A DNA stretch of 64,000 nt, taken from the NCBI GenBank assembly GCA_947630445.1, contig CANRHQ010000001.1:16591-80590 (forward strand), read 5' to 3'. Shown here in pieces: positions 17,525 through 30,084 of this stretch (the first letter of the stretch is position 1; every line of letters begins with the position of its first letter). The stretch is from an uncultured Clostridia bacterium. GTDB lineage: Bacteria > Bacillota > Clostridia > TANB77 > CAG-508. A program made the translations under genes and the position numbers. Below the pieces are notes generated by a model, which had not been told where the DNA came from, searched no databases, and saw only the letters and a list, made by a program, of their open reading frames with translations.

Positions 17525-19063
17525 TTAATTTTCTTCAACATAATAATATTGTTCTAAACCATATGTTACTCTTTTAAAGTTTTCTATTCTTAAAGTTGCA
17601 TTTGTTTCTTTTATTCTCTCAAGCATTTCTTTTGATCTTATTATATTACCATTATTATCCACATAATATTCCATGGTTTCATTATATATTTTTACATATT
17701 CATCTAAAACTTGAACATTTATGTTTGCCATTTCTATAGTTTTTTGCATTTCATTGTTGTATATTTCAGTTGTATTTGTTTCAAAGTTTGTTGCTTGAAT
17801 CATTTGTTTAGTTTTTAATAATTGTATTGAATCATATTTGAATTCTAAAATTATTTTTCCTTCTGCATCTATTATTCCACTTTTTCCAGTTTCATTTGTA
17901 GCTATGAAATATTTATCATAAATATATTCTATATAATTATATTTTTGATTTAGTATTTCTTGTAGGTTACTGCCTAATAAAGAATATGTTACATTTTCTC
18001 CTTGTTCAATTTTTATAAAATAGTCTGGATTAGTAGTTGATTCAATTATTGTATTAAATGGTATATTTACTTCTGCACCAGTTTTATCAAATACTTTTTC
18101 TTCTTCTCCATTTTTTGCATATATATATATTCCATTTATTTCTATATTTGAATATTCTGTTTTTAATATTTCTATTCCTAATTCATTCATTACTCCATAT
18201 TGACCTGTTCTTTCTACTATAAACATGTCCATTTCTGGTGTGTACGTTATTGATTGATATTGTGTGTTAATCATTTTGTTGTTATTTATAAATACTCCAT
18301 ATTGTCCATTTTTTGCTGCTATAAGATATATATTTTCTTTATTTTTTACTTCTGCTAATCTAGTTATTTGGTTATAATCTTCTTTTAAAACTTCGTTTCC
18401 TTCCCAGTCATAATAACCATATCTATAGCCCTCATGAGTTTTGACACATACAATATATCCTGATTTTTCATAGCCTTCTTCTTGACTATAATATGTATCT
18501 GATTCTATTGAATCATAAATAGTTTTTATAACTTGATTTCCTTGACTATTTACAATTCCATATTTATCATTTTCTTTAACTAATATTTCTCCCTCTTTAT
18601 ATCCTAAACTTGATATTTCATCATATTTAGGTTCTGCAACAACTTGTCCATCTATTCCTAATAATCCATATTTATCATTTTCTTTATATATTAGTACCTT
18701 TTTTTCATACATAGATTCTGAAATTATATTTTCAATTCTTATTGCTTCTATATCTGAATATTTTTCAAATATTTCTTCATTTTTATCATTTAAAACTTTA
18801 GTTTTATCTCCATCTTTACACAAAAATACTGCTCTATGTGGATTTGGTATTATTATTTGTTCATATTGAGGATTTATTACTATTGACCCACTTCCATCAA
18901 TTACTCCAAAGTTTTCATCTCTTTTTAGTAAATAATATGTAATTGAATTATCTTCTATCTTTTCTTCTATTTTTTTGAAATTAGGAATACATATTGATAT
19001 TATTAAACTTAATAGTATTACTAATACACTTATGATTACTATAGTACTTGTTTTTTTAGACAT
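17525..19063 (-). CDS. membrane-anchored WG-repeat (KWG-type) protein
   Basis: 512 aa; N-terminal TM; numerous repeats of the YG(V/I)(I/M)D/N..G..V/I..P.Y..I type. Confidence 0.55.
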   Translation of the reverse strand: MSKKTSTIVIISVLVILLSLIISICIPNFKKIEEKIEDNSITYYLLKRDENFGVIDGSGSIVINPQYEQIIIPNPHRAVFLCKDGDKTKVLNDKNEEIFEKYSDIEAIRIENIISESMYEKKVLIYKENDKYGLLGIDGQVVAEPKYDEISSLGYKEGEILVKENDKYGIVNSQGNQVIKTIYDSIESDTYYSQEEGYEKSGYIVCVKTHEGYRYGYYDWEGNEVLKEDYNQITRLAEVKNKENIYLIAAKNGQYGVFINNNKMINTQYQSITYTPEMDMFIVERTGQYGVMNELGIEILKTEYSNIEINGIYIYAKNGEEEKVFDKTGAEVNIPFNTIIESTTNPDYFIKIEQGENVTYSLLGSNLQEILNQKYNYIEYIYDKYFIATNETGKSGIIDAEGKIILEFKYDSIQLLKTKQMIQATNFETNTTEIYNNEMQKTIEMANINVQVLDEYVKIYNETMEYYVDNNGNIIRSKEMLERIKETNATLRIENFKRVTYGLEQYYYVEEN

Positions 19064-19125
19064 TTTGTTACCTCTTTTCTTTCTTTTCTCATTTTACTAT
19101 TTATATGGGATTTTTTCAATATTTT

Positions 19126-19166
19126 TTGCGTATTTCCTTGTTTTTTTTAGTATAATATTGTATAAT
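19126..19166 (+). promoter_or_regulatory. asnS promoter (TTGCGT ... TATAAT x2) with a short leader (no T-box)
   Basis: ttgcgt at 19126-19131; tataat at 19151-19156 and 19161-19166; RBS ggaggt at 19184; ATG at 19195. Confidence 0.45.
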
Positions 19167-19194
19167 CTTTACATAATATTAATGGAGGTAAATT

Positions 19195-20586
19195 ATGTCA
19201 GATTTAGTTTTAAAAGATTTATTTAGAAATACTTCAGCTTATGCTCAAAAACAGGTTACTGTTGAAGGCTGGGTAAGAACAGTTAGAGATTCTAAAACAT
19301 TCGGTTTTATAGAACTTAATGATGGTTCTTTTTTTAAGAATGTTCAAATTGTTTTTACAGATAAATTATCTAATTTTAATGAAATTGTAAAACTTAGTAT
19401 AAGTTCTTCTATAAAAGTAAATGGTACTTTAATTGTTACAGAAAATGCTAAACAACCATTTGAAATTCACGCAGATAAAATTGAAATAATCAATTTGTGC
19501 CCTGCAGAATATCCTCTTCAAAAAAAGAGACATTCTTTTGAATATTTGCGTACTATTTCTCATTTGCGTCCTAGAACAAATACTTTCAATGCTGTATTTA
19601 GAGTTAGAAGTGTATTAAGCTATGCTATACATAAGTTTTTTCAAGAGCGTGGCTTTGTATATGTTCATACTCCTATTTTAACTTCTAGTGATGCTGAAGG
19701 TGCTGGAGAAATGTTTAATGTTAATTCATTTGATTTAAGTAATGTTCCTTTAACAGAGGATGGAAAAGTTGACTTTTCAAAAGATTTCTTTGGAAAATCT
19801 GCTCATCTTACTGTTAGTGGACAATTAAATGGTGAGGCTTTTGCTACTGCTTTTAGAAATATTTATACTTTCGGTCCTACTTTTAGAGCAGAGAATTCTA
19901 ATACTGTTAAACATGCTGCAGAGTTTTGGATGATTGAACCTGAAATTTGTTTTGCTGATTTGAATGATGATATGAATTTAGCAGAAGATATGGTTAAATA
20001 TATCTTTTCATATGTTTTGGAAAATTGTCCTGAAGAAATGGAATTTTTTAATAGTTTTGTTGATAAGAATTTATTGAATAGATTAAATAATGTTATAAAT
20101 TCTGATTTTGGTAGAATTACTTATACTGATGCAATAAAAGAGTTAGAAAAGGCAAATGACCAGTTTGAATTTAAAGTTTCTTGGGGAATTGATTTACAAA
20201 CAGAACATGAAAGATATTTATGTGAAAAAGTTTTTGGAAAACCTGTTTTTGTAACTGATTATCCAGCAGATATTAAGGCTTTTTATATGAAACAAAATCC
20301 TGATGGTAAAACTGTTGCTGCTGCTGATTTACTTGCCCCTGGTATAGGTGAGATTATTGGTGGTAGCCAAAGAGAAGAAAATTATGATAAGTTACTTGCT
20401 AGAATGAAAGAGCTTAATATGGATATTTCTGGTTATGAATGGTATCTTGATCTTAGACAATATGGTAGTGTTGATCATGCTGGTTTTGGTCTAGGTTTTG
20501 AAAGAGCTTTAATGTATTTGACTGGCATGCAAAATATTCGTGATGTTCTTCCTTTCCCTAGAACACCAAAAAATTGTGAATTTTAA
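19195..20586 (+). CDS. asnS: asparagine--tRNA ligase
   Basis: 463 aa; class-II aaRS motifs; N-terminal OB fold ([25 protein letters not shown]) typical of AsnRS. Confidence 0.95.
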   Translation: MSDLVLKDLFRNTSAYAQKQVTVEGWVRTVRDSKTFGFIELNDGSFFKNVQIVFTDKLSNFNEIVKLSISSSIKVNGTLIVTENAKQPFEIHADKIEIINLCPAEYPLQKKRHSFEYLRTISHLRPRTNTFNAVFRVRSVLSYAIHKFFQERGFVYVHTPILTSSDAEGAGEMFNVNSFDLSNVPLTEDGKVDFSKDFFGKSAHLTVSGQLNGEAFATAFRNIYTFGPTFRAENSNTVKHAAEFWMIEPEICFADLNDDMNLAEDMVKYIFSYVLENCPEEMEFFNSFVDKNLLNRLNNVINSDFGRITYTDAIKELEKANDQFEFKVSWGIDLQTEHERYLCEKVFGKPVFVTDYPADIKAFYMKQNPDGKTVAAADLLAPGIGEIIGGSQREENYDKLLARMKELNMDISGYEWYLDLRQYGSVDHAGFGLGFERALMYLTGMQNIRDVLPFPRTPKNCEF

Positions 20587-20624
20587 AAGTCATATTTGAT
20601 ATGTAATATATTTTATATTTATAT

Positions 20625-20668
20625 AAAAACAAAAGATCAGCTATATAAATAGTTGATCTTTTGTTTTT
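20625..20668. terminator. bidirectional terminator between asnS and the pilin-like gene
   Basis: aaaaacaaaagatca-gctatataaatag-ttgatcttttgttttt. Confidence 0.7.
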
Positions 20669-20674
20669 AATATT

Positions 20675-22054
20675 CTATGTTACAAACTCTTCAAGAACAT
20701 ATCCAGAAATATATCCTATATTATCACATTCCAGTTTTAACCTACAAATAGCATATTTTGAATTTGCCCATTTTCCATATCTAATAATACTATATTTATC
20801 CTCATAGTTAAAAATACCATACTCATATTCATCAGTAACTTTTGGGATTTCTTCATCTGTTATATCAAATTCTTCATTACTTACTGTTCCACTATTTACT
20901 ATTAATCTTTTATGATCTACAAAATCATATACACACGCCTCGTAACCCCCACAGATAATCTCGTACCTATCAATTGATACTTTAAATTTATATTCCTTTT
21001 CGTTTACATTTATAGTAAATTCATATTTTCCCATACCTGTAATTTCAAAATTGTTATTATCATAATATTCCTTTCCATTTGGGTCATGAATTTCTACAGT
21101 TATGTCTTCTTTTATATCATTTAATTCTGAAAGCAGATTATTTTTTACCATTTCTCTTAATTTTTGTATAGTATAATTATAATCTTCATCAGTTACTTCT
21201 CCTCCTTGTGGTGATATTCCAAGAAAAAATTCTTTTAATGTTTCATATTTTTTATCAATTATTCCTTTACTACAACAATATTCCATTAATTCTTCAAACG
21301 TATTAAATGTTATTCCTTCTCCTGAAAAGTCTTGATTATTCGCATATATCACAAACAATTCCTCATCTGATAATGTATCTAATTCATCTATTTTTTTAGT
21401 TAATTCTGCTAAATATTTATTTTTGTATTTTTCGACAACTTCATCATACATTAAAACAATATCAAGTGAACTATCTCCAATCATCCAATTCTCATAAGAC
21501 ACATCAGAATAACTATATAAGTAATACTCACTTATACTTTCAACACTGTTCTCATCATTATTTTCTCCATGTGATTCTATTGTTCCTAGCTTGGTCTTTT
21601 CTCCTTTTTTATCATAATATACTACATCATATATTTTATTGCCATCTTCTTCTGCTATTTTTACTTCACCTGTACTCGCTACTTTCCCTAATTCTGTACT
21701 TTCCTCTAATTTGTAAACATCTTTTGTTCCACTTCCTGCCCCTGTTGGTAATTTCTCTTTTACTAATGTTTTTACAACTATTACATATTCACTATCTATT
21801 ATTCCTTTGTCTTGTAATACTGTTATAAAATCTTTCTCTACTTTTCCTAAATTTTTTTGTGTTAAATAATCTTGTTCTTCTAATTTTAATGCCTCATATA
21901 CTGTTCCATGGGCATTTTGCACATTTGCATTTTTTGCTTGGTTTATTATTCCATTATCTCCTGCCAACATTGATATACTTACTCCTGCTAATATTAATAA
22001 TACTACTATTGTTACTACCAATGCTATTAATGTTATTCCTCTGTTTTTCTCCAT
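20675..22054 (-). CDS. large protein with a non-canonical type-IV-pilin-like N-terminus (paralog A)
   Basis: 459 aa; MEKNRGITLIALVVTIVVLLILAGVSISMLAGDNGIINQ... has a class-III-like leader and hydrophobic segment but Ala in place of the conserved Glu5 and no GFTLIE; large C-terminal domain with a C..Y..GG.AC motif shared with the paralog at 30085-31690. Confidence 0.5.
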   Translation of the reverse strand: MEKNRGITLIALVVTIVVLLILAGVSISMLAGDNGIINQAKNANVQNAHGTVYEALKLEEQDYLTQKNLGKVEKDFITVLQDKGIIDSEYVIVVKTLVKEKLPTGAGSGTKDVYKLEESTELGKVASTGEVKIAEEDGNKIYDVVYYDKKGEKTKLGTIESHGENNDENSVESISEYYLYSYSDVSYENWMIGDSSLDIVLMYDEVVEKYKNKYLAELTKKIDELDTLSDEELFVIYANNQDFSGEGITFNTFEELMEYCCSKGIIDKKYETLKEFFLGISPQGGEVTDEDYNYTIQKLREMVKNNLLSELNDIKEDITVEIHDPNGKEYYDNNNFEITGMGKYEFTINVNEKEYKFKVSIDRYEIICGGYEACVYDFVDHKRLIVNSGTVSNEEFDITDEEIPKVTDEYEYGIFNYEDKYSIIRYGKWANSKYAICRLKLECDNIGYISGYVLEEFVT

Positions 22055-22267
22055 ATTTTTCTCCTCCTTTGCTTTATCCTTAATCTATTTAAATTTAGGA
22101 TATAATATTTCTTCAAATAGCTTCTCTTTGTAAGATTTTATTTTTTTGCTTATTATTATTACTACTATTTTTATAATCTTTAAATTACTTGTATTAGTTC
22201 ATATTTTATGGTATAATTAATTTATAGATTATCTTTAATTTAAATAGCTTAATGATAAATTTGATAT

Positions 22268-22312
22268 ACAAAAAATAAAGAAGTCCCTAGTATTATCTAG
22301 GAACTTCTTTAT
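22268..22312 (-). terminator. rpoC rho-independent terminator
   Basis: aaagaagttcctag-ataata-ctagggacttcttt followed by a T run on the minus strand, immediately after the rpoC stop. Confidence 0.7.
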
Positions 22313-22314
22313 TT

Positions 22315-25300
22315 TTATTCTACAACTGTAGTTAAAAGTTCTTCTTGAACTTGGTCTTGTTCTTGTTCTTCTCCTTCAACTTTTATTTGGATATCCTGAT
22401 ATCTCTTCATACCAGTACCTGCAGGAATAAGTTTACCTATAATTACATTTTCTTTTAATCCTATTAAATCATCTTCTTTACCTTTTATTGCTGCTTCTGT
22501 TAATACTCTTGTTGTTTCTTGGAAAGATGCAGCTGACAAGAAGCTATCTGTAGCAAGTGATGCTTTTGTAATTCCTAGTAATATTCTCTTTCCTGTTGCA
22601 GGTTTTTTACCTTCTGCAATTGCCTTTTTATTGTTTTCTTCAAATTCATATATGTCTATTAAAGAACCTGGGAACATATTTGTATCTCCATTATCTTCAA
22701 TTTTAACTTTTCTAAGCATTTGTCTTGCAATTACTTCAATGTGTTTGTCATTTATATCAACACCTTGGTTTCTATATACTTTTTGTACTTCTGAAATTAG
22801 ATATTCATAAACACCTTCTGGTCCTTTTATAGCAAGTATTTCTGCTGGATTTATTGAACCTTCTATAAGAGCTTGTGCTGCTTTTACTTCATCACCATTT
22901 TTTACTCTTAATTTTGATCCAAATGGTATTGTATATGTTTTAGAATTATCTTTAGATGTAACAATAATTTCCTTCTTTTTCTTTGTTTCTGAAATCTTTA
23001 CCTTACCATCTATTTCAGTTATTACAGCTACTCCTTTTGGTTTTCTAGCTTCAAATAATTCTTCTACTCTAGGAAGACCTTGAGTAATATCTGCAACACC
23101 TGCAACACCACCAGAGTGAATAGTTCTCATAGTTAACTGTGTACCTGGTTCACCAATTGATTGTGCTGCTATAATTCCTATAGATTCACCAATTGAAACT
23201 TCTTCTCTTCTTGCAAGTCCCATACCATAACATTTTTGACATACACCATGTTTACTTCTACATCCAATTACTGAACGAACTACAACTTGTGTAATACCAC
23301 TATCTACAATCTTCTTTGCAATAGCTTTTGTTATCATTGTATCTGGAGTAACAATAACTTCTCCTGTTTCTGGATGTACAATATCATTTAATGGATATCT
23401 TCCTTCAAGTCTTTCTTCTAATTTTTCTACTACTTGGTTTCCATCTTTTATGTCTTCTAGCATTAATCCTTCATGTGTTCCACAATCATGTTCTCTAACT
23501 ATAATATCTTGTGATACATCAACAAGTCTTCTTGTTAAATATCCTGAGTCTGCTGTTCTCAATGCTGTATCTGAAAGTCCTTTACGAGCACCATGTGAAG
23601 ATATGAAATATTCTAGTGCATCTAGTCCTTCACGGAAACAAGATTTAATTGGTATTTCAACTGCTTTACCTGTAGTACTTGCCATAAGTCCACGCATACC
23701 TGCGATTTGTCTTAACTGGTTCATATTACCACGGGCACCTGATTTAACCATCATGAATATAGGGTTTAAATCATCAAAGTTTTCTTCCATTGCTTTACTT
23801 ACATCTGTTGTTGCTTTTTCCCAAATGTCAATAACTGTTTTATATCTTTCATCATCAGTTATTAAACCTCTTCTATATTGGTTTCTTACTTTTTCTACTT
23901 GTTTGTCAGCTTCTGCTAATATAGTCTTTTTAGCTTCTGGTACTTCAACATCTTCTACTGAGAATGTTATTCCTGCTAATGTAGAATACTTAAATCCTAA
24001 TGCTTTAATATAATCTATTACTTCTGCTGACTCAGTTAATCCATGTTTATCAATTACTTTTTCTATAATTGTTCCCATTGATTTTTTCATAACTGGGAAA
24101 TTTATTTCATATTGGAATGGATCTTCTTCTCTGTCTATAAATCCTAAATCTTGTGGTATTCCTTGGTTAAATATGATTCTTCCAACACTTGTTTCTATTT
24201 TCTTTGATTTCATTTCGCCATTTATTTCTTTTGTTATTCTTACAAAGATTTTTGCATGAATTCCAACAGCTTTATTTTGGAATGCCATTATTGCTTCATC
24301 AGGATCTTTAAAATATTTACCTTCTCCTAATTCACCATCTATTATCATTGTTAGATAATAGCTACCTAAAATCATATCTAGTCTTGGTACTGCTACTGGT
24401 TTACCATCTTGAGGTTTTAATAGGTTGTTTGTTGCAAGCATTAAATATCTTGCTTCTGATTGTGCTTCTGGAGTTAATGGTAAATGCACTGCCATTTGGT
24501 CTCCATCAAAGTCTGCATTAAATGCTTCACATACTAATGGGTGAAGTTTTATTGCTCTACCTTCTACTAAAACTGGCTCAAATGCTTGTATTCCTAACCT
24601 GTGTAATGTAGGTGCACGGTTTAACATTACTGGGTGATCTTGAATAACTTCTTCAAGTATTCCCCATACTTCTGGGCTTAATCTTTCTACCATTCTCTTT
24701 GCACTTTTTATATTATGTGCAATATGTCTTCCTACTAATTCTCTCATTACAAATGGTTTAAATAATTCAACTGCCATTTCTTTTGGAAGTCCACATTGAT
24801 ATATTTTTAGTTCTGGTCCTACTACTATTACTGAACGACCTGAATAGTCAACTCTTTTTCCTAAAAGATTTTGACGGAATCTACCTTGTTTTCCTTTTAA
24901 TAAATCTGAAAGTGATTTTAATGGTCTATTTCCAGCACCTGTAACAGGTCTTCCTCTTCTACTATTATCTATTAATGCATCTACTGATTCTTGTAACATT
25001 CTTTTTTCATTTCTTACAATGATTTCAGGTGCTCCAAGTTCAAGTAGTCTTTTTAATCTGTTATTTCTGTTTATAACTCTTCTATATAAGTCATTTAAGT
25101 CTGATGTAGCGAATCTACCACCATCTAATTGTACCATTGGTCTTAAATCTGGTGGAATTACTGGAATTACATTCATTACCATCCATTCTGGTCTATTTCC
25201 TGATAGTTTAAATGCTTCTACTGTATCTAATCTTTTTATTAATTTAGCTTTTCTTTGCTCACTAGCTGTTTCTAGTTCCTTTTTTATTTGATTTGTTAAT

Positions 25301-25860
25301 TTGTCTAAATCAATTTCTGCTAGTAATTCTCTAATTGCTTCTGCTCCCATTTGTGCCTTAAATGATTTCTTACCATATTTTTCTTCTGCTTCATGGTACT
25401 CTTTTTCATTTAAAACTTGGCATTTTTCTAGTCCAGATGTCCCTTTATCTACAACTATATATGATGCAAAATATATTATTTTTTCAAGATTACGAGGTGA
25501 TATATCTAGCATTAATGCTATTCTACTTGGTATTCCTTTAAAATACCATATATGTGCTACTGGAGCTGCAAGTTCAATATGTCCCATTCTTTCTCTTCTT
25601 ACTTTAGACTTAGTAACTTCAACACCACATCTATCACAAACTATTCCTTTATATCTTACCCTTTTATATTTACCACAATGACATTCCCAGTCTTTTGTTG
25701 GTCCAAATATTTTTTCACAGAATAGTCCTTCTTTTTCTGGTTTTAATGTTCTATAATTTATTGTTTCTGGTTTTTTTACTTCACCTTTTGACCATTCTCT
25801 TATTTTTTCATCTGATGCTATCCCTATTTTTAATTTGTTGAATATCTCTAATTCATCCAT
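22315..25860 (-). CDS. rpoC: DNA-directed RNA polymerase subunit beta'
   Basis: 1181 aa; zinc-binding CHCGKYK..C..CGVEV; NADFDGDQM catalytic motif. Confidence 0.97.
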   Translation of the reverse strand: MDELEIFNKLKIGIASDEKIREWSKGEVKKPETINYRTLKPEKEGLFCEKIFGPTKDWECHCGKYKRVRYKGIVCDRCGVEVTKSKVRRERMGHIELAAPVAHIWYFKGIPSRIALMLDISPRNLEKIIYFASYIVVDKGTSGLEKCQVLNEKEYHEAEEKYGKKSFKAQMGAEAIRELLAEIDLDKLTNQIKKELETASEQRKAKLIKRLDTVEAFKLSGNRPEWMVMNVIPVIPPDLRPMVQLDGGRFATSDLNDLYRRVINRNNRLKRLLELGAPEIIVRNEKRMLQESVDALIDNSRRGRPVTGAGNRPLKSLSDLLKGKQGRFRQNLLGKRVDYSGRSVIVVGPELKIYQCGLPKEMAVELFKPFVMRELVGRHIAHNIKSAKRMVERLSPEVWGILEEVIQDHPVMLNRAPTLHRLGIQAFEPVLVEGRAIKLHPLVCEAFNADFDGDQMAVHLPLTPEAQSEARYLMLATNNLLKPQDGKPVAVPRLDMILGSYYLTMIIDGELGEGKYFKDPDEAIMAFQNKAVGIHAKIFVRITKEINGEMKSKKIETSVGRIIFNQGIPQDLGFIDREEDPFQYEINFPVMKKSMGTIIEKVIDKHGLTESAEVIDYIKALGFKYSTLAGITFSVEDVEVPEAKKTILAEADKQVEKVRNQYRRGLITDDERYKTVIDIWEKATTDVSKAMEENFDDLNPIFMMVKSGARGNMNQLRQIAGMRGLMASTTGKAVEIPIKSCFREGLDALEYFISSHGARKGLSDTALRTADSGYLTRRLVDVSQDIIVREHDCGTHEGLMLEDIKDGNQVVEKLEERLEGRYPLNDIVHPETGEVIVTPDTMITKAIAKKIVDSGITQVVVRSVIGCRSKHGVCQKCYGMGLARREEVSIGESIGIIAAQSIGEPGTQLTMRTIHSGGVAGVADITQGLPRVEELFEARKPKGVAVITEIDGKVKISETKKKKEIIVTSKDNSKTYTIPFGSKLRVKNGDEVKAAQALIEGSINPAEILAIKGPEGVYEYLISEVQKVYRNQGVDINDKHIEVIARQMLRKVKIEDNGDTNMFPGSLIDIYEFEENNKKAIAEGKKPATGKRILLGITKASLATDSFLSAASFQETTRVLTEAAIKGKEDDLIGLKENVIIGKLIPAGTGMKRYQDIQIKVEGEEQEQDQVQEELLTTVVE

Positions 25861-25969
25861 CTTTATTAGATGTCCCCCTTCTTTAATTTTTTGGGTAATT
25901 TCAAAACAGTCTAAGAGGCTATCCCCTGTTCCTGCAAACTTTTCCGTCGCCTCTTGAACTTTTTAAAAT

Positions 25970-28900
25970 TTATTCAATTATATCATCATCATTATCTAAA
26001 TTATCATTTGCTAAATCACTATCATAGATACTCTCATCATCTTCTAATTCATCATCATCAAATAATTCATCACTATCTTCATCTTCTTCAGAATATCCAT
26101 CTTCTATATCTTCATGTATTAGAACATCATCTTCTGTTAATGTTTTTCCATCCTCTGTTTCAGAGAAATCAATTCCATCTTCTATGTGTTCTTTTAATTC
26201 TAATTCTTCATTATTTTCTGAATATAGTTTTATATCTAATCCTAGTGCTTGCAATTCTTTTACTAATACTTTAAAACTTTCTGGTACTCCTGGTTCAGGA
26301 ATATTTTCACCTTTAACTATTGCTTCATATGCTTTTACACGACCTACAGTATCATCTGATTTTACTGTTAAAATTTCTTGCAAAGTATATGCTGCTCCAT
26401 ATGCTTCTAGTGCCCATACTTCCATCTCTCCAAATCTTTGTCCACCAAATTGTGCTTTTCCTCCAAGTGGTTGTTGTGTTACTAATGAATATGGTCCTGT
26501 TGAACGAGCATGTATTTTATCATCTACTAGGTGATGTAGTTTTAACATATACATTACACCAACTGTTATTGGTTTATCAAAAGGTTCTCCTGTTCTTCCA
26601 TCATATAGAATTGTTTTTCCATCTTCTGACATACCTGCTTCTTTTAATAATTCTTCTATATCTTGCTCTGATGCACCATCAAATACTGGTGTTGATATTT
26701 TCCATCCTAAAGCTCTTGCTGCTCCACCTAAATGTACTTCTAGTACCTGACCTAAATTCATACGAGATGGTACACCTAATGGGTTTAATAAAATATCTAT
26801 TGGTGTTCCATCAGGTAAGAATGGCATATCTTCTGTTGGTAATATTCTTGAAATTACACCTTTATTACCATGACGACCAGCCATTTTATCTCCTACTGAT
26901 ATTTTTCTCTTTGTTGCTATATAACATCTTATTACCTGATTTACTCCTGGTCCTAATTCTTCTGAATTATCTCTAGTAAATATTTTTACATCTACTATTG
27001 TTCCAGATTCTCCATGTGGTACACGAAGTGAAGTATCTCTTACTTCTCTTGCCTTTTCTCCAAATATTGCACGAAGTAATCTCTCTTCTGCTGTTAATTC
27101 TGTTTCTCCTTTTGGAGTAACTTTTCCTACTAATATGTCTCCTGGTCTTACTTCTGCTCCTATTCTTATGATTCCATTTTCATCTAAGTCTTTTAAAGAG
27201 TCATCTCCAACATTTGGTATATCTCTTGTGATTTCTTCTGCTCCTAATTTTGTATCACGACATTCACAATCATATTCTTCTATATGTATTGATGTAAATA
27301 CATCTTCTTGTACTAATCTTTCATTTAAAAGTATCGCATCCTCATAGTTGTAACCTTCCCATGTTGAAAATGCAATTAATACATTTTTACCTAATGCCAT
27401 TTCACCATCTTTAGTTGATGGTCCATCAGCGATGGCATCTCCTTTTTTAACTTTCTCGCCTTTTACAACAATAGGTTTTTGATTTATACATGTTCCACCA
27501 TTTGTTCTTTTAAATTTACGAAGTTTATGTACAACTGTTTTTCCACTCTTATATTTCATTGTGATACTATCACCAGTTACTTTTTCTACAACTCCATCTT
27601 CTTCAGCTAATACTAATATTCCAGAATCTTTGGCAGTTCTGTATTCTATACCTGTTCCTACTATTGGTGCTTCTGTAATCATTAATGGTACTGCTTGACG
27701 TTGCATGTTTGCACCCATTAATGCTCTTTTAGCATCATCATGCTCTAAGAATGGTATCATTGCTGCTGCTATTGATACTAATTGCTTTGGTGATACATCT
27801 ATATATTGTACTAATTCTTTGTCTACTTCTATTATTTCATTTTTAAATCTAACTCTTATACGATCATTTATAAATTCACCATTTTTGTTCATTGGCTCTG
27901 ATGCTTGTGCTATTATATAATTATCTTCTACATCTGCACTCATATATTCAACTATGTCTGTTACTCTATGTGTTTTTGGATCTACTTTTCTGTATGGTGT
28001 TTCTATAAATCCATATTCATTTATGTTTGCAAATGATGATAAAGCTGAAATTAATCCTATATTTGGTCCTTCTGGTGATTCTATTGGACATAGTCTACCA
28101 TAATGTGTATAGTGAATATCACGAACTTCGAATCCAGCTCTCTCTCTTGATAATCCTCCTGGTCCTAATGCAGAAATTCTTCTTTTATGTGTTAATTCTG
28201 AAAGTGGGTTAGTTTGATCCATAAATTGTGATAATTGTGAACTTCCAAAGAATTCTCTTATTGATGATGTTATTGGTTTTGTGTTTATTAAAGTTTGTGG
28301 TGTTATAACATCTAAGTCTTGTATTGTCATTCTTTCACGTACTACTCTTTCAAGTCTTGTTAACCCAATTCTAAATTGATTTTGTAATAATTCTCCTACA
28401 CATCTTATTCTACGATTTGCCAAGTGGTCTATATCATCTGCTTTACCTAAACCATGTGACATATTTAACAAATAATTTACAGATGCAATCATATCCTCTG
28501 TTGTTATATGTTTTGGTACTAATTCATCATATCTTTCTTTTAAAGCCTTTACTAATTTATCTTTGCTTGTGTTATCCATGATATTTTTTAGTACTTCATA
28601 GTTTACATTTTCTTTGAAATGTAATTTACTTAAATCCACATCTGGTAATACTTTGTGGATATTTACTGTTCCATTTCCTATTATTCTTACTTTTTTATCA
28701 AATAGTTTTATATCTACAATATTTATTCCTGAATTTTGTATTTGTTCTGCAACTTCTGGTGTAATTACTTCTCCAGCAGTTACAAATACTTCTCCTGTTT
28801 CTTTGTCCATTATGTCTTCAAATGCCACTTGATTTTTTATTCTATTTGCTATGCTTAATTTTTGATTAAATTTGAATCTTCCTACTTTGGCTAAATCATA

Positions 28901-29704
28901 TCTTCTATTGTCAAAGAATAATCCATTAAATAAACTTCTTGCAGCTTCAACTGTTGGTAATTCTCCTGGTCTTAATTTTTTATAAATTTCTATTAAAGCC
29001 TCTTCTGAAGTTTTTATTGGATCTTTTTGTATTGTTGTTTCTAATAGATTTTCTTCTCCAAATAATGCTCTTATTTCATCATCTGTTACTATACCAATTG
29101 CTCTTAATAATGTTGTTACAGGTATTTTTCTTGTTCTATCAACACGAACCCAATACATGTCATTTCCATCTGTTTCATATTCTATCCATGCACCTCTTAA
29201 TGGCATTACTGTTGATGTATATGTTTTCTTTCCTGTTTTGGTATCAAATATTTCATCATAATAGCATCCTGGTGAACGAACTAATTGGCTTACAACTACT
29301 CTTTCTGCTCCATTTATTATAAATGTTCCACTATCTGTCATAAGTGGAAAATCTCCTAGATAGATTTCTTGTTCTTTTATTTCTCCTGATTCACGATTTA
29401 TTAATCTTACTTTTACATGTAATCTTGTTGAATATGTTGCATCTCTTTCTTTTGCCTCTTCTAGTGTATATTTTGTTTTATCCTCCATGTAATAATCGAA
29501 AAATTCTAGAACTAAATTTCCTGTGTAGTCTACTATTGGTGAAATATCTCTTAATACTTCTCCTAGTCCTTCTTCTACAAACCAGTCATATGAATCTTTT
29601 TGTACTTTGATTAGGTTTGGCATTTCGATATAATCTCCAACCTTTGAGAAATCTTTACGAGATGTTTTCTCGTATTTAACCTCTTTGATTTTCAAATAAA
29701 TCAC
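25970..29704 (-). CDS. rpoB: DNA-directed RNA polymerase subunit beta, with an acidic C-terminal tail of about 80 aa
   Basis: 1244 aa; conserved beta-subunit blocks throughout; C-terminus [37 protein letters not shown]. Confidence 0.97.
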   Translation of the reverse strand: MIYLKIKEVKYEKTSRKDFSKVGDYIEMPNLIKVQKDSYDWFVEEGLGEVLRDISPIVDYTGNLVLEFFDYYMEDKTKYTLEEAKERDATYSTRLHVKVRLINRESGEIKEQEIYLGDFPLMTDSGTFIINGAERVVVSQLVRSPGCYYDEIFDTKTGKKTYTSTVMPLRGAWIEYETDGNDMYWVRVDRTRKIPVTTLLRAIGIVTDDEIRALFGEENLLETTIQKDPIKTSEEALIEIYKKLRPGELPTVEAARSLFNGLFFDNRRYDLAKVGRFKFNQKLSIANRIKNQVAFEDIMDKETGEVFVTAGEVITPEVAEQIQNSGINIVDIKLFDKKVRIIGNGTVNIHKVLPDVDLSKLHFKENVNYEVLKNIMDNTSKDKLVKALKERYDELVPKHITTEDMIASVNYLLNMSHGLGKADDIDHLANRRIRCVGELLQNQFRIGLTRLERVVRERMTIQDLDVITPQTLINTKPITSSIREFFGSSQLSQFMDQTNPLSELTHKRRISALGPGGLSRERAGFEVRDIHYTHYGRLCPIESPEGPNIGLISALSSFANINEYGFIETPYRKVDPKTHRVTDIVEYMSADVEDNYIIAQASEPMNKNGEFINDRIRVRFKNEIIEVDKELVQYIDVSPKQLVSIAAAMIPFLEHDDAKRALMGANMQRQAVPLMITEAPIVGTGIEYRTAKDSGILVLAEEDGVVEKVTGDSITMKYKSGKTVVHKLRKFKRTNGGTCINQKPIVVKGEKVKKGDAIADGPSTKDGEMALGKNVLIAFSTWEGYNYEDAILLNERLVQEDVFTSIHIEEYDCECRDTKLGAEEITRDIPNVGDDSLKDLDENGIIRIGAEVRPGDILVGKVTPKGETELTAEERLLRAIFGEKAREVRDTSLRVPHGESGTIVDVKIFTRDNSEELGPGVNQVIRCYIATKRKISVGDKMAGRHGNKGVISRILPTEDMPFLPDGTPIDILLNPLGVPSRMNLGQVLEVHLGGAARALGWKISTPVFDGASEQDIEELLKEAGMSEDGKTILYDGRTGEPFDKPITVGVMYMLKLHHLVDDKIHARSTGPYSLVTQQPLGGKAQFGGQRFGEMEVWALEAYGAAYTLQEILTVKSDDTVGRVKAYEAIVKGENIPEPGVPESFKVLVKELQALGLDIKLYSENNEELELKEHIEDGIDFSETEDGKTLTEDDVLIHEDIEDGYSEEDEDSDELFDDDELEDDESIYDSDLANDNLDNDDDIIE

Positions 29705-29912
29705 TCCTTAAATAATATTAAGCAGATTTTTTGATTTTCTTTTAGAAAAGCTCCCTCTTTAAATATATCTCTACATGGTTTCAAGCATTGCCTGCTCTTC
29801 AATTTTCTCTGCCTTGCTTTGATATACCCAATTCCTTCTTTCCTAAATTTTTGAACTTTTGAACTAATTTTTTGAATCTCGTCTTGCCTTTTTCCGTAAG
29901 GTCATACGCATA

Positions 29913-29944
29913 TTATCATATCATATTTTGGTAATGTTTGTCAA
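29913..29944 (-). promoter_or_regulatory. rpoB promoter (TTGACA-18-TATGAT) with a leader of about 200 nt
   Basis: Minus strand TTGACAaacattaccaaaatatgaTATGATaat; no rplL or rplJ lies upstream. Confidence 0.5.
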
Positions 29945-30084
29945 CTGTTTACGTTATATTTTTTATGTTTTTTATATCTATTATATAAAAAAACGGAATT
30001 AATATTTTTTAAGCAATAAATTGCTAAGAAAATATTAATTCCACATAATTATCTTTTATCAAGTCTATCATCTTCGATGATGAG

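Noticed and set aside
19064-19194. T-box riboswitch upstream of asnS
   Set aside because: The promoter-to-ATG leader is only about 30-40 nt, far too short for a T-box (>200 nt). No specifier or antiterminator motifs are present.
25970-26240. Acidic C-terminal tail of about 80 aa on RpoB as something exotic
   Set aside because: Acidic C-terminal extensions of beta subunits occur in several low-GC Firmicutes. It is noted in the feature but not treated as a discovery.
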